A DNA stretch of 64,000 nucleotides, taken from assembly GCA_000091205.1 (NCBI GenBank), contig AP006486.2; one strand, 5' to 3'. The position numbers and the translations under genes are program-made. The number at the start of each line of letters is the position of its first letter. Positions within the stretch are counted from its first letter, which is position 1. The notes beneath the pieces were generated by a model. The model saw only the letters and a list, made by a program, of their open reading frames with translations, had not been told where the DNA came from and searched no databases. This stretch comes from Cyanidioschyzon merolae. Lineage: Eukaryota. Shown piece by piece: positions 46,705 through 59,100 of the stretch.

Positions 46705-47917
46705 CAGCAGCTACTGCACAACAACATCCACCGCCACCTTTCGTCGAGGAGCAAGCACCAGCCGGTGAGGCTGTGCAGCGGTTACACACCGCAGCAACGC
46801 GCTACGGCCTCAACATGCATCCAAATGAGTCAAACGTGACAAAACAACGGGAACTAGTCACTGATGTGTTGCACCTGTACCGGCAGACGCGATACGGACC
46901 CGTCACTAGCAACCCGATAACAGTGTCGTTGCAGCTTCATGGAAAGCATCGCAAGCGGGGGAAAGGTTTCCGTACTCTGGAACGTTTACTTTCTAGGTGG
47001 ACGGTTCCGCGAGCGGGACTAGACTGCCAGGTCTGGTGCTTCTTGCTCGGCCCAGTGTGGCGGGTGCTTTCGTGAGATCTGAACAGCTCGTCCACAACGC
47101 AGTTTATTCTGGGACTAGGGGCCGGTTATTTGCATCCGGGTGTCGTCCTGGTTGCGGTGGTCTCCGAGCATATCGCTTCGCCTAGTCGCCGGCATTCGGT
47201 TTGTTTGCGCAGCGTACCGGCCCGCACGGCGTGATCATGTAGCCCGCGGACCCTCTATCAAGGGAAGCATTCCTCGTGCCGACCCACCGCCAGTTATATG
47301 ACAAGGCCGTTCCGCGTACGTGCTGCATCCGCACCGGCGGTCTAGGCGCTATGGCGGGTGCAGCAAGGCAAGCACTCGGCATACGCTAGAACGTACGAAC
47401 ACGACCAGTGCATCCGAGAGGAAGAAGACGTGATGGAACTTTGAGGTAGAGTGCATCGTCATGGACGCTTTTCCGAGTGCCAGTATGCATTCCGCAATCC
47501 GGAGTCTATGCTCAATGTAAATATTTTGTCAAACAGACAGAAAAACACACCCGGCAACGTTGAATGCCCCGCCCAGCGCCGGTGTGCGCCCCGTGCGGGA
47601 CCCGTAAGCGCCATGTGCACTGGATGAGCGCTTTGGTCTCATCGTTGAAATGATCTGGATGTTGTTGGACGTTCGATGGTTGCCATCAAGACGAGAAGAG
47701 AGCGAGTCTGCTCCAAATAGCACCCCGTTTCCCAGCGCTCAAGAACAGACGTCCGGTCGGGAACAGGGATGCGTTCAGTCGACTTCGTACATTCGAGTTT
47801 TCCGTACGCGCCGGATGCACTGCACGAGTTCCCCTACGATACAGAACACTGAGTCCGTGCTTGAATCATCAACTGAATGAAGATGTAACGAATGAGCACT
47901 GCACAGTAGCGGCGCTA

Positions 47918-48175
47918 TCATTCAATCAATCATTCACTCAATGTTTCTTTCTTTCATGCAATCATCCATTCAATCACTCATGCTTTCTTTGACTCATTCA
48001 CTCAATGTTTCTTTCTTTCATGCAATCATCCATTCAATCATTCACGCTTTCTTTCTTTCACTCATTCAATTACTCAATCTTTCCTTCTTTTCATCCAATC
48101 ATCCATTCAATTATTCACGCTTTCTTTCTTTCACTCATTCAATCACTCAATCTTTCTTTCTTTCTTTCAAAATGG
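47918..48175. repeat. Minisatellite, about 64-bp unit, about 4 copies
   Basis: Direct reading shows the unit atgtttctttctttcatgcaatcatccattcaatca(c/t)tca(t/c)gctttctttg/tctttcactcattca tandemly repeated with small variations. Confidence 0.8.
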
Positions 48176-48400
48176 CTGATGCGCACGTGCTCGCCTCTGC
48201 GGTATTCGTAACGCACTCGGCGTTGCTGAACGCAACGTGTATTTTTTTGTCAAACCTATTACGTTCTGCAACTTCACGCGCACCACAAACGTCAGTGAGA
48301 AGCGTCTTCCGCGAACGACGGCTCGTTACGCGGCAGATCCACTTCACGGTAGCGTTTACAGGTCGCTTGCACGAGCTACAACGACACAGCACGGTGGGCA

Positions 48401-49177
48401 ATGTTCTGCACCTTGGCCGGCTACCGTTGGCTGAACAGTGGCTCGCTACTGAGACGTTTGTCGCAGCGAGCAGTGCGCCGCTTGCCGACAGCACCGCTGT
48501 GCCACCTGCACAACGGCGCCACTGAAAGCGCAGCCTCAAACGGAGCTCTACGCATTGTCGACGAAAAGGTTGCCTACCGACGCTATGCAACCGTGTTTGA
48601 ACGAACTGTACAGTACCCGGACGGCCGCCACGTCACTTATGACATTCTCGGTCAGCCGGCCGTTCAGAGCGCCTCGGTGCTGGTGTTTCCCTTTGATACG
48701 CAAAGCAAAACCTGCTACGTTATTCGAGAGTACTGTCCAGGTCCGAACCGTGTACTCTATGGCTTTCCAGCTGGTATGGTCGAAACGAAACACGAATCAT
48801 TGGAAGCCGCTGCTCGGGCAGAGCTTTCGGAGGAAGCACATCTGCGTTGTGCGCAACTCATCGATCTGACAGCTCAGGCCGCAGTTTGGGAGCGGTCCTT
48901 CGAAGTGCCGAATACCGCATCAGATGCTGAGAACTGTCTGCGAGGATTCTTCGCTGACAAGTACTCCCGGAATGTCTGCAAAATGTATTTGGCGTTGAAT
49001 CCCGAGCCCGATGGACACCCCGGCTCGATGGACGCTGAGGAGCTTATCGAGCAGGTTGGTGCGGTACGGGTGCCGCAGTTGGAAGCGTGGCTCTGGAGTG
49101 GTCAAATGACCATGCCACACATGCTGCTCGCGATGTGCGCGTTGACTTACCTGCGACAGCGCGGGATGCTGACGTAG
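48401..49177 (+). CDS. Nudix hydrolase (ADP-sugar/UDP-sugar pyrophosphatase-like)
   Basis: Nudix-box-like GFPAGMVETKHESLEAAARAELSEEAHL preceded by VLVFPFD...CYVIREYCPG. ATG at 48401; the N-terminal ~50 aa look like a presequence. Confidence 0.65.
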   Translation: MFCTLAGYRWLNSGSLLRRLSQRAVRRLPTAPLCHLHNGATESAASNGALRIVDEKVAYRRYATVFERTVQYPDGRHVTYDILGQPAVQSASVLVFPFDTQSKTCYVIREYCPGPNRVLYGFPAGMVETKHESLEAAARAELSEEAHLRCAQLIDLTAQAAVWERSFEVPNTASDAENCLRGFFADKYSRNVCKMYLALNPEPDGHPGSMDAEELIEQVGAVRVPQLEAWLWSGQMTMPHMLLAMCALTYLRQRGMLT

Positions 49178-50600
49178 CGCTCTCGGTCGTTTTCGCAGTC
49201 GATTGCTAGACCAGAGCTCAGCACGCTCTGCGCACGATGTCCATGGTCGGGCAGAGACCCTTATGGAATGCATCCGCGACGTGACTCTAGTCGTCGTTGT
49301 GTGCGATAGGCGACTTTCTCAAGCGTGCATGTACGTACTCTTTTGTCGCTGCGATGTGCTTCGAACATGACCCATCACGGCTGGTTCGGGTCTAAACGTA
49401 AAGAACCTCCAATCCAGTGGAGACGTGGGTGCGCATGATTCGTATGTCTGTGCGGGCTCCAGATCTTTGGGAGAACAAGCTACGGACAGCTGCATCCCGA
49501 GCAAACCCCGTACTGGTTAACGTGAAGGATAAACTCGCCAGGAGGCTCAGATGTCGAGCGCGTCGCAGCGTTGACATCGGATTCAGAGCTTTTGGTAGGC
49601 GCTTGTTTGCAGAACACCTCCGAACTCATCCAGAGACACTTGCATGCGCTTCTCTGGACTGATACCAAGTACGGCAGCTTTGCGGAAAATGGATAACCTT
49701 GCCAGGTCGAAGCAGCGCGCGAATGGACCGGCGATCGTGTCGGTGTACCGCGGGATGATGTTGTTCCAGAATACTTTAGGAGGCGGCTACGCCCGCCGTA
49801 GGACATTCGGTTCAGGTTTATGTAGCGGATAGATGCCATTCCGGGATACACTGGATGGCGGTTTCGCCCGCTGGAGCCCGTTCTGATACGGGAGCATCTG
49901 CCCTCTCGTTTACGCGCTTTCCAGCCACGATTGTTCGCTAAGGGCGCGCTCCATAGCCTGCACGGCGAATGCTCCGGGTTGTCGTAGGCGTCCGCGCGCT
50001 GCGTTTACAGCAGCGCCGCTCGTCCCGTCGACAACCCCAGTCTAACGTTCCTGATCCCGTCCACAGTTCATGCACGTTGCTGTGGATGCTGCAACAGAGC
50101 TGACTCCGCCTCCGATCACCAGCCACAATTCAAGACGCCGCTGGACGGAACGACGCGCCCGCGCTCTCTTCGATGCACATGGCATCGTTGACGTCGCCGA
50201 TGACCTCGGTGCGTACCTGCAACATCGCCAGCACGGCACGTCTGAGCAAGCGCACGGCTAGCACCGTCGGAGGCAAGCTCGTCGCGTGGCGGGAACTTGA
50301 CGGCACAGTCGCTTCGAGTCCATGATTCGTATGCCTGTCCGTGTGGGCGTATAGGTGACTCGAGTCCGCATGGTGTGCAGTTGAAGATGAACCCACTCCC
50401 TGGATCAGGGGCACGGTGGCGGAACATGCACCGGATCCAGGTATCGACCACGACGTACCGTTCACGTGCACCGTTGCTGCGTGGCTACCCAGACGCTCCC
50501 GAAAGGATCCAGTGGGCAATATGGCTGCAGCGGCGCTTGAAGAACTGTGGTTCGGTCGCAGGCATAGGGTCCTGCACAACATCGACGCCGCCGGCGTTCG

Positions 50601-50816
50601 CTAAACTTTGCGAATCGGTCGAATGATGGGATTCATTTGATCCATGTAGCACATGATCCACATGAACCACATACAGAATCCCGACATAAACACAGTAAGC
50701 CGCGCAATGGCGTAAACATCTGCGTTTTTCCGCCAGATCATACCCACCACGAACCAAGATACTAGCGTTAGGACGACAAACAGCAAACTGCCTGCAACGA
50801 TGCCACCCCATGCCAT
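50601..50816 (-). CDS. V-type H+-ATPase subunit e (V0 e / VMA9-like small membrane subunit), 71 aa
   Basis: MAWGGIVAGSLLFVVLTLVSWFVVGMIWRKNADVYAIARLTVFMSGFCMWFMWIMCYMDQMNPIIRPI resembles ATP6V0E (..W..VGF.VPWFIPKGPNRGVI.TMLV....C.YLFWLIAIL.QLNPLFGP). It sits at the C-terminus of a 269-aa ORF whose upstream part has no protein-like character; start set at ATG 50816. Confidence 0.6.
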   Translation of the reverse strand: MAWGGIVAGSLLFVVLTLVSWFVVGMIWRKNADVYAIARLTVFMSGFCMWFMWIMCYMDQMNPIIRPIRKV

Positions 50817-51855
50817 GGCTGCCAGACGAGTCAGCAGAATAAGGGCTGCAAGACCAGCTGCACCAAGCAGTGTCCAGCGACAGGCTGAGGCCAGTCGGCG
50901 AAGCGGCCTGCCCAGCTGACTCGAGAGACCGACCCGGCGGTCTGTGTTTCCACCGGCCCCGAACTTGCCACCAGCACGTTGGGACTGAACGAGCCCTTCC
51001 TCCAGATATGCTGGCAAGGTATCAGTGAGTCGCGGATACAACGCGTCTCCGACTGCCAGTGCGCTCACCGAGGTTCCTGTGGCGGGCACTCGCGTTGGCA
51101 CGCTGCGCAAAGTTACAGCACCAGTGTACTCAGTAGAGGTGCCAGTGCCGCTTGTTTTGTGAGAAAGGAGCAGGGCTGTCTGACCTCGCGAAGGGCGCTG
51201 CGTCTGTGGGAACCCGCCGTTTACGAGCTCCGCTCCAGAGAGCGTTAGAAAGTGACCAGAATGTGCGTCGTCGTGGTCGTCGTCGCCGGTTGCCGCAGCA
51301 CGTAGACGCGTCAAGAGCTGCGTTCGCCACCGCTGAAACGAGTCGTCTCCAGCTCTCGAGTCGTGTGAGTTTTTCCGCTTGCGTTGCTCCAAACGAGGCC
51401 GTTCGGGCATACACGGTTCGAGTGACCCTGCCCAAAACGCACGGTCTCCGCTTTTGCGTCCTTCTAACTGTTCTCCGCACTAGGACGCTGTCTGGCTTCG
51501 AGCGCGCCGGAAGCACGAACCTTCCTCGCCCAAAACGAAACCTGACGTCGTACTTCAAACTGACGCCGTTTCGTTGACGCTTATTTTCGGGCAGATAGCA
51601 ATGGTAAACAGAATCTTTATGATATCCAAAGAAATCTGCCGCTTCCAGCGTCGTACAAGCACACTCCAGCGTACAGCGAACCCACAACACAGCGTGCAGC
51701 TTCGGGTCCACAGCTAGGCACCCGTGCGACTCGCTCTTCCAATGATAATCGATGCATCGTGTCGGGTGCGCCGGCGTCAGCGCACGCTGCCGATAACCGC
51801 AGAAGACACCTGCACCGCACTGCATACCCATTTGCTTGCCGTAAACTCCAGCCCA

Positions 51856-51893
51856 GTGTGTTATGTGTGTTATGTGTGTTGTGTGTGTGTGTC
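51856..51893. repeat. GT-rich microsatellite (gtgtgttat)n/(gt)n
   Basis: gtgtgttatgtgtgttatgtgtgttgtgtgtgtgtgtc read directly. Confidence 0.8.
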
Positions 51894-52391
51894 TGGCGAC
51901 TTCACCGGTCCAGTGATGCTCAAGCACAGCGGCTCCAGCAGGCGCTTCCCGCTGCGCCAACTTTTCGAGCGCCGGGATCGTTTACACTGCGAGTGAATCC
52001 CCGGTTGCGCGATGACGATCGGCATCCAGGAGAAGATGCATCATGTCACGCCAGATCTCGGGGGTTTCAACAGCCACCTAGCAGCTAGCAGCTAGCACCT
52101 CGCAGCAGCTCGCAACAGAGCTTTCTTGCATGCGCGTAGGGCATGCACGATGCTGTGCGCGTAAAATGCGACATAGCTTCCCAGAGCGATACGTCGGCGG
52201 TGGTGCGATCGCCCGCTGCCCCATTCTACGGATCATTATCAACATCTAGCGGGGGCGTCATCGTCGTCGTCGTCGAATCTGCCGTGCGTACGGCGACGGG
52301 TCCCTTGACCTGCGTCGCTGTACGAGGCGCTGCAACGTAGGCTGGTGCCTGCGCTGAACCCAGGTGTACAGTGCACCGTCGCGTTACAGCG

Positions 52392-53165
52392 ATGCTGGCC
52401 GCGACTAGTACGGCAGTCGACGAGACTGGCGATCAGCATAGTGCTGTCTCCACGAGCGACAGTGACGAGTGGGTCGTGGAGGCCGCCGCTCTTGGAGTTT
52501 TGCAGGGCAAAAAGGTGAGTGAGTTCATCAACGACACGGACGCGTTGCGAGCAGTCACACGGGAGCTAGCTCCCTCGACAAAGGATAGTGTTGATATGGA
52601 GCGTTCACAATTTGCAGAGCGGTTTCAGGTAACTGTCCCGAGTGTCTTGGAGTTACCCGGTGGAACTGACATCAACCAGGACCAGGAACTGGAGACGCGC
52701 TTCCGGGCAATAGCGGCACTGGGAGCGTGGATCGGCACTGAATGGTGTGCAGCACACGGTATCCGAACAGAGCGTCCTGCGGACTATTTCGCGGAAATGC
52801 TCAAGTCCGACGATCACATGGCACGCGTGCGCAAGGCGCTGCTCGAGGAGCGCCAACGCCTCCACGAAATTCAGCGAATACGTGCTGAAGCACTGACACG
52901 TTTGGAGGCAAAGCGGCGACAGCGGGAAGCCCGAGTGCGTCTGCAGGAGTCCAAGCGTGCAGGTTTTGCCGAAGTCGAACAGTGGAAGCGCGAACAGGGT
53001 CTAAGTTCGGGCCAGGCGGTCGGCAGCGAGCGGTACAGGCAGCGAGTGGTTCAGCGAAATCACTCGAAAGCAGCGGGGAGACCTCGGGGGAAAAGACGAG
53101 AAATCAAAAAACGACCGGGAAAGAAGCGACGTGAGCAGCTTCGTGCGCGGCGGCAGCAGTCGTAA
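52392..53165 (+). CDS. EBP2: rRNA-processing protein EBP2 (EBNA1BP2 family)
   Basis: Central ...RPADYFAEMLKSDDHMARVRKALLEE... and a basic C-terminus with paired RPGKKRR/GRPRGKRR motifs, characteristic of Ebp2. The ORF-track start at 52371 is GTG; the first ATG is 52392. Confidence 0.55.
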   Translation: MLAATSTAVDETGDQHSAVSTSDSDEWVVEAAALGVLQGKKVSEFINDTDALRAVTRELAPSTKDSVDMERSQFAERFQVTVPSVLELPGGTDINQDQELETRFRAIAALGAWIGTEWCAAHGIRTERPADYFAEMLKSDDHMARVRKALLEERQRLHEIQRIRAEALTRLEAKRRQREARVRLQESKRAGFAEVEQWKREQGLSSGQAVGSERYRQRVVQRNHSKAAGRPRGKRREIKKRPGKKRREQLRARRQQS

Positions 53166-55009
53166 GCCGGAGGCCGAACTCCACTGACGCTGTTCGGAGC
53201 CTGTCAATGCTGGGCGAATACAGCGCTTCGGACACGGTTTGTTGCTAACGTCGATGCGCATAGGATGGGCGGGACCGGTCGAAGCCAGAGGCTCCCACGC
53301 TTGCCTTGGTGCGAATAGGAAGCGCTCATCCCCAGAGAGATATTTCGAGGAGAAGCAAGCACATTGGCTTTGTTGCTACTTGGTAGCAGCCTGAAATACC
53401 CGGGTCGCTTTCGGTTACCGTCTGTCCGTCTGTGGACTTCATTTTCGGATCTATTGTTGCTGTGATCACATCCGAATGATGCTCAACTGATAAAGTCACT
53501 CGGATGCCGCGAACCGCTCTCTGCGGTAAGGGTTGTATGATGCGCTAATCGAGTGAGCCAAGGAATCCATGCATGCAGCAGCAAGGTATGTCGCTTTTCA
53601 TGACGCATGACGCACTGGTTTTGCGTTATGCAAGCTGGTATTGCATGGCATTCGTGGAGATCCCAGGGATCATCGATATGACGTTGAGCGTCATGCACCG
53701 CACGGGTATGCATGGTGTAGATTGTCTCTGGTGGCTGGTGCCCGACATCATGCACCAGCCACGAGACGCTCCAGAGAGACTCCCCTGGTGGTGGAACGAT
53801 AGCGTCGCGTACGACGTAGCAGAGTCGGAACCTTCGCGTAGACTGCAGACAATCCGATATCCCTGTTATGTTGTGCACTTTACGCGAAATACTGCGCTCC
53901 ATGTATCCTGTTTGTCTTTCAGCTGTTCTCAAGCTGTGTTCATAAACACGGAATACCTTCATAGCAAGATACAGGGCTTGGATGTGTGCACGTCTGTAGA
54001 AGGCTCGCAATTCCGCCCAACTTTGCTGCATTCTTCAACCTCGCATTTTCGTCGAATCAAACGCAGCTTGCGAAAACCCGTGGCAGCAGACTTCGTGTCG
54101 CTCGCGTCCGGGTTACATGGTCAGCCCTTTCTATCACGAGGTTTGAAGACTTGAAAGCAAGTAGCGGAGACTGCTGGCGCAAGACATCAAACATGTTCGC
54201 GCGTATGAATGACTTGGCAAGCCCCGTGCCCAGCCTGACCTGGGCTCTTTCGTTCAGCTCAACGGTTTTCTAGCATAGGCAGCGACTTGAGCAAGCTACT
54301 GTTGTTTCGAGTGCACACTGCACGGCGAAGCGGTGTCAACGCCTATTACCATACAATCGCGCAACGTCACGGAGTGCGGGTTGATCGCTTTTGCTTTGCA
54401 CGAGTTGTACGTGAGCGGGCTTTTGGGCGAGCACCCTGGAACGCCTTCGCCCTGCACGTCTGTTGACTATCTATTCCTCGGTGTTGATGCTTGGACGACC
54501 ACACCAATGGAACAGAGACTTGACTCCAGTTATCCTATGCGTTCACCGCGCTATGCATTTGAGTCGCTTCAGGCGCGCGTTCTCAATTACAGACGACGGC
54601 ACCGTCGGAGTGATGCCGTTCCGCTCCCGGGGGAACACCCGAAAACGGAGGCTCTCGGCACGACGCTGTCGCCAAAGTCCGGCCACTGCCTCTCCAAGAC
54701 CCAGAACGCTGCGGTAAATACATCTACGACGAGAGCATATATTCTAGTACAGCATACTCACAACTGTCTCTGGAGGCACCATTTTGGGCAGTTCGCAGCC
54801 AACGTCTCCCTGCAACAGCAGCTGGGAGCAGCATCAAGCCACTGATAATGGCCTCGCGCCATTGGCCTCGAACGCCCAGGCGAATTCGCTTTGTAGGCGT
54901 GTGTGTGCTCAGGCGTATAGCACTTATCGATGAGATCATCTGTTGCGAAATTCGGTAGTTCAGTGAGATCCTTTGCAATCATAGACCAGTAGTTGCCTAC
55001 TGTGTTTTC

Positions 55010-56113
55010 ATGGAGTACCCCGAAGCGGACTCCCAGCCCCAACCAGAGCCACTCGACGTGGTGTTGCCTCGGGGGGCACCCCCGGACGTCGTTGGGCCGG
55101 TGGTCAACGGCCTCAGTTCCAGCGACTACTATTTTGCTTCCTATAGCCACTTTGGTATTCATGAAGAGATGATTAAAGACAAGACGCGGACGAAGACCTA
55201 CATGCGAGCGATCCTTGACAATAGGCACGTTTTTGATGGCAAGGTCGTCCTCGACGTCGGGGCAGGGACAGGTATTCTGTCGCTTTTCGCGGCTCGCGCA
55301 GGCGCAGCTAAAGTCTACGCTATCGAATGTGCCGACATTGCTCGACAAGCGCGCGAGATCGTAAAGGCGAACCATTTCGACCACGTAGTTGAGGTCATCA
55401 CCGGCCAGATCGAAGAGGTGCAGCTGCCGCGGGACCCACAAACGGGTGCAGAGCCTCTTGTCGATATTATCGTATCGGAATGGATGGGCTACTTTCTCTT
55501 CTACGAGAGCATGCTGCAAAGCGTTCTCTTCGCCAGAGATCGCTGGCTCAAACCTCGTGACGGGCATCTCTTTCCCGATGGCGCAACGCTCTACATCTGT
55601 GGGATCGAGGATGCTTCCTTTCGTAGTGAAAAATTCGATTTTTGGGAGAACGTCTACGGTTTCGATTTCTCGTGTGTTAAGCGGCTGGCGCTTACCGAGC
55701 CCCTCGTGGATTATGTGGACGTCGATCAGATCGTTACAGACACGTGCCCCGTGCTGCGGCTGGATCTGCATCGCCTCCAGCCGCAGGATCTCGACTGGAG
55801 TGCGCCGTTCCACATCACTGCAGAGCGAGATGACTTTGTTCATGCCTTTGTTGTGTTCTTCGACGTGCATTTCGGTGGGTGTCATCGACCGTTGACGCTG
55901 AGCACAGGGCCGTACGCTTCGCCAACGCACTGGAAGCAGACAGTGCTCTATTTGGATCGGGCGTTGCCGCTGCGAACGGGCGAGCGCATCGAGGGCACCC
56001 TTGCCTGTCGACGGAACGCACAGAATCCTCGCGATCTCGATATAGGTATCTCGTATCGCTTTCGGGGTTCGCAAATGAGCGCGAAGAAGATCCTCCGGTA
56101 TCAAATGCATTGA
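55010..56113 (+). CDS. PRMT1: Protein arginine N-methyltransferase 1 (type I PRMT)
   Basis: DYYFASYSHFGIHEEMIKDKTRT.TY, SAM motif VLDVGAGTGILSLFAARAGA, VSEWMGYFLFYESML, THWKQTV (THW loop), RNPRDLD. Full-length colinear with PRMT1. ATG at 55010. Confidence 0.9.
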   Translation: MEYPEADSQPQPEPLDVVLPRGAPPDVVGPVVNGLSSSDYYFASYSHFGIHEEMIKDKTRTKTYMRAILDNRHVFDGKVVLDVGAGTGILSLFAARAGAAKVYAIECADIARQAREIVKANHFDHVVEVITGQIEEVQLPRDPQTGAEPLVDIIVSEWMGYFLFYESMLQSVLFARDRWLKPRDGHLFPDGATLYICGIEDASFRSEKFDFWENVYGFDFSCVKRLALTEPLVDYVDVDQIVTDTCPVLRLDLHRLQPQDLDWSAPFHITAERDDFVHAFVVFFDVHFGGCHRPLTLSTGPYASPTHWKQTVLYLDRALPLRTGERIEGTLACRRNAQNPRDLDIGISYRFRGSQMSAKKILRYQMH

Positions 56114-59100
56114 CAAGGCGACAGCGGCGCAGTAGGCGTGTGCGCACACAGGTTGCCATGCGAACCCCCGGGGGCGAACTGCATCACTGTCGCGAGAATT
56201 GACCGCAAATTGCGATTCCGTTTCGCGGGTCATTGAGCCGGGAAAGGGAGCCTCGATATCCCCGATGATCAGCTGTGGTTAGGTATGGATCGCACGTGGT
56301 GCTACGTCACGGATGACGCGTCTGGTCTTTCGTAGCGCAAAAGGGCACAGCATCCTCGTTCGGGTGAATGCCGCGTTGGTATTGCTGTATTCCAGCCCGT
56401 GGAAGTTGCGGATTGCGTTCGTTCGTGGATGGAGGCGGTGTACTCGTTCGCGATGCTCATGGTCGATGTTCGTCGGTGAGAGAGAGAGTTGAGATCAGCG
56501 TTTCACCAGCGTCTTGCATGGCGTGCAGCAACGCCACATGCCCCGAGCGTTTGCTCGAAGAAGAAGAATAGCCGTTCTTTGCGTATATACGCACTGGGTA
56601 AACGAGCGAGCAGATGCATGATTTCTGGTCCAGTGGTAATCACTTGAACCCGCTCGCGCCCGGCAGCGGAGTCGAGGCTCGTAAGCGCCACTGCGCCCTG
56701 CTCTCGTTTGCGTGCCTCATTTCATGCGAGTCCAGGTGCGGCTTTTTGGTGCCTGTGAATGCGGCGACCTCGGTGATAGACACTGGTGTATGCTGGGCGT
56801 TCCTTGACGCAATCTGTGTCAGCGGAGCGTCGTAGAAGGTATCGAGCATAGAACCTGCCTCCGAAAGTTAAAACTCATTTGATTTTTCATCCCGAATTCG
56901 TGATGAGAATCATATGAGCGCGTGACACAGCGTATGGAGTCACCAAGTGCGTCTAACCGGGGGAACGGTGACGCAAGTCAAATATCCGAGTCCAAGTTGA
57001 GCCGTATGCCTTCCGAAACCTTTTTCGGTTTGATTTCAGACCCAGGCAAGAGCGAACGATCACGCGCCAAAGAATGAAAGCGCACCAGCGTGGTTCTGTG
57101 GGCTCTTTGACGGGAATAGATGCCTCCAAAGTCGCCACTGCCGTCGCTGAAGCATAGCGTCGCGTTATAGACTGGGCACGGGACTGCGTAACGTCCAGGT
57201 TTTAGGGCTCGTAGCAGGTATTTCCAAGCCTGGCCGGATCGAACATTCCTAAGTAAACCGCACCATATCAAGAAAAAGAGATCGTCCTGATGACAAGCGG
57301 CATATCCAGCTTTGATCGAGCTCAGCTCCACATGTCGAATCATGGAATGCCATGATTGCTCTTCATTATCCACAGAGCATCGTTCCCAGTGCGAACAGGC
57401 TGCGCTCCATGCATCTGGACTGCTGAACCCGAACATACCGATACTTCGAACCAGGCGCCACGCGAATGCCCATTGCATTGACCACTGATGTTTCATAGCG
57501 GATGTCTACAGCAATTCAGTACAATGCCAATGAAGCGTACGAAACAAGTCCCTGGAGAGCTCGCTCGACGCCGTGCGATCAGGCGCTGTGGAGACATTCC
57601 ATATTTCTGGATGCTGATCGAGGCACTACTACCTCGATGCAGCAAGTGCTTGCGCACTCGGTTGCTCGTGGAATCACACCACAGAAGCCGTCCGACTTTC
57701 CATTGCCTGGCCAGCTGGGGTTTCGGCACCTTCCCGTCCAGCATCTCGTGCGACTAGCTCTGATGAAGGCACATCTTCTGTGACTGGTACACCGGGTACC
57801 GATATTCCCCGTGCGTCAATGGCTTTCTGTACGCATCGGAGGCAATCGTACGGAATCTATTCCGTCACACACACACACACACCTCAATGGAACGCTCTGA
57901 CCTACAGGCAGGAGTGCTGCCTCTGCACCGCACAACACATCCAGTGCTGTACGCTACGGCACAATGACACGAACGCTCGGTCACTTGCTTTCGCTACTCA
58001 TGGACGCAGCTGGTGAACGCTCACTCCTTGCCTCCGTCCAACAGAAAAGAGACCGTTGCCGAGCCCGACGCAGTCGTATGTCCCCCGGCTCGAAAAATCG
58101 TCTGCATGAGGAATGAACGCTTCTGCACAGTCCCTGAATGGAGCGTACGAAGCATCCGCCGCTGCTCGATACGGTGCTCAGGGCGTCGAGACGGGCCCAG
58201 ACACAGTCATGCTGCTGGCTCGTTTGCATGCTGGCGAGCATTCGGAACCCCGGCGCAGGTGAAAAGCATCATGTGCTTGCACGACTCTCCCGAGGAAAGT
58301 GCACCTAAACACTGCGTCGGTCGCCGCTGTCCCTGGAGAGCTCTCCCCGTGTACCCCTATTCATCGAGATACGAGGAGCAAGGCCCGCCAATGCATTTCG
58401 TAAAGCAGCTCGAATGCTGCACACGTGCTCCCAGAGACTAGCAGTAGACCTCTCGCAGCGCAGTGCATCCAGTAGCCAAGTATCTGTGGGCACGGAATGG
58501 GCCCTGCAGCGACGCCCCGGGAGCGCCGCCAACAGCTGCCGTTGGGGGCTAGCGCACTCGAACTCCGGGCATCCATCTGCGCTGGGCTGGGGAGCGCGCT
58601 TCAGGAAAGCGTCGTCGCGTGAGCTACGGGCAAGGAACGCAAGCATCCCATTCCAACCGTGTTACGGGCATGACGTTCGTGGATCCGAGGCCGCGAGCCG
58701 CACCAAGCGCTTCATCGATCCGAAGCGACACTCGCTCCGATCCCGACGTTTCTTCTGAGGGTTTTCTCTACGAGCTCGGGCTCTTCCGCCGCCAGCAGCG
58801 AGTCACTCGCTTTCATCGACATTGCGAGAATCGCCTGCACCAGCTCCGACTTTCCTGGTCCGTTATGCTCGGGATGATCATGCCCACAGGTTGTGCTTCT
58901 TAGAGGACTGGTCATTGGTGAGCGTATGCTTTTGCGGTGTTTTTCTGAGGATCATTGGACGCTTCTCGGCACATCCGTCGTAGACGTTTTCTTCGATCGC
59001 CGATGTGGTGCTGCGACGCCAGGGGGCACTCTGAGCAGCGAAAATGCAAATCCCTGATCCCACGATCAGTGCGTATTGCATCTCCTGCCCGTGCATCAAC

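Noticed and set aside
49480-49851. Possible third TnpB-like fragment (minus-strand ...YSGTTSS...CKC...DVNAATRS)
   Set aside because: Only a partial D-V-N-A-A with no following N-I/F. The spacing between the Y..S, Cys and NAA elements does not fit TnpB, so it is indistinguishable from chance.
54758-56233. 491-aa ORF on the minus strand fully overlapping PRMT1
   Set aside because: It is antisense to a strongly supported, full-length PRMT1 CDS in GC-rich DNA, it has no protein-family features, and its start codon is not evidently ATG. It is a typical antisense artefact.
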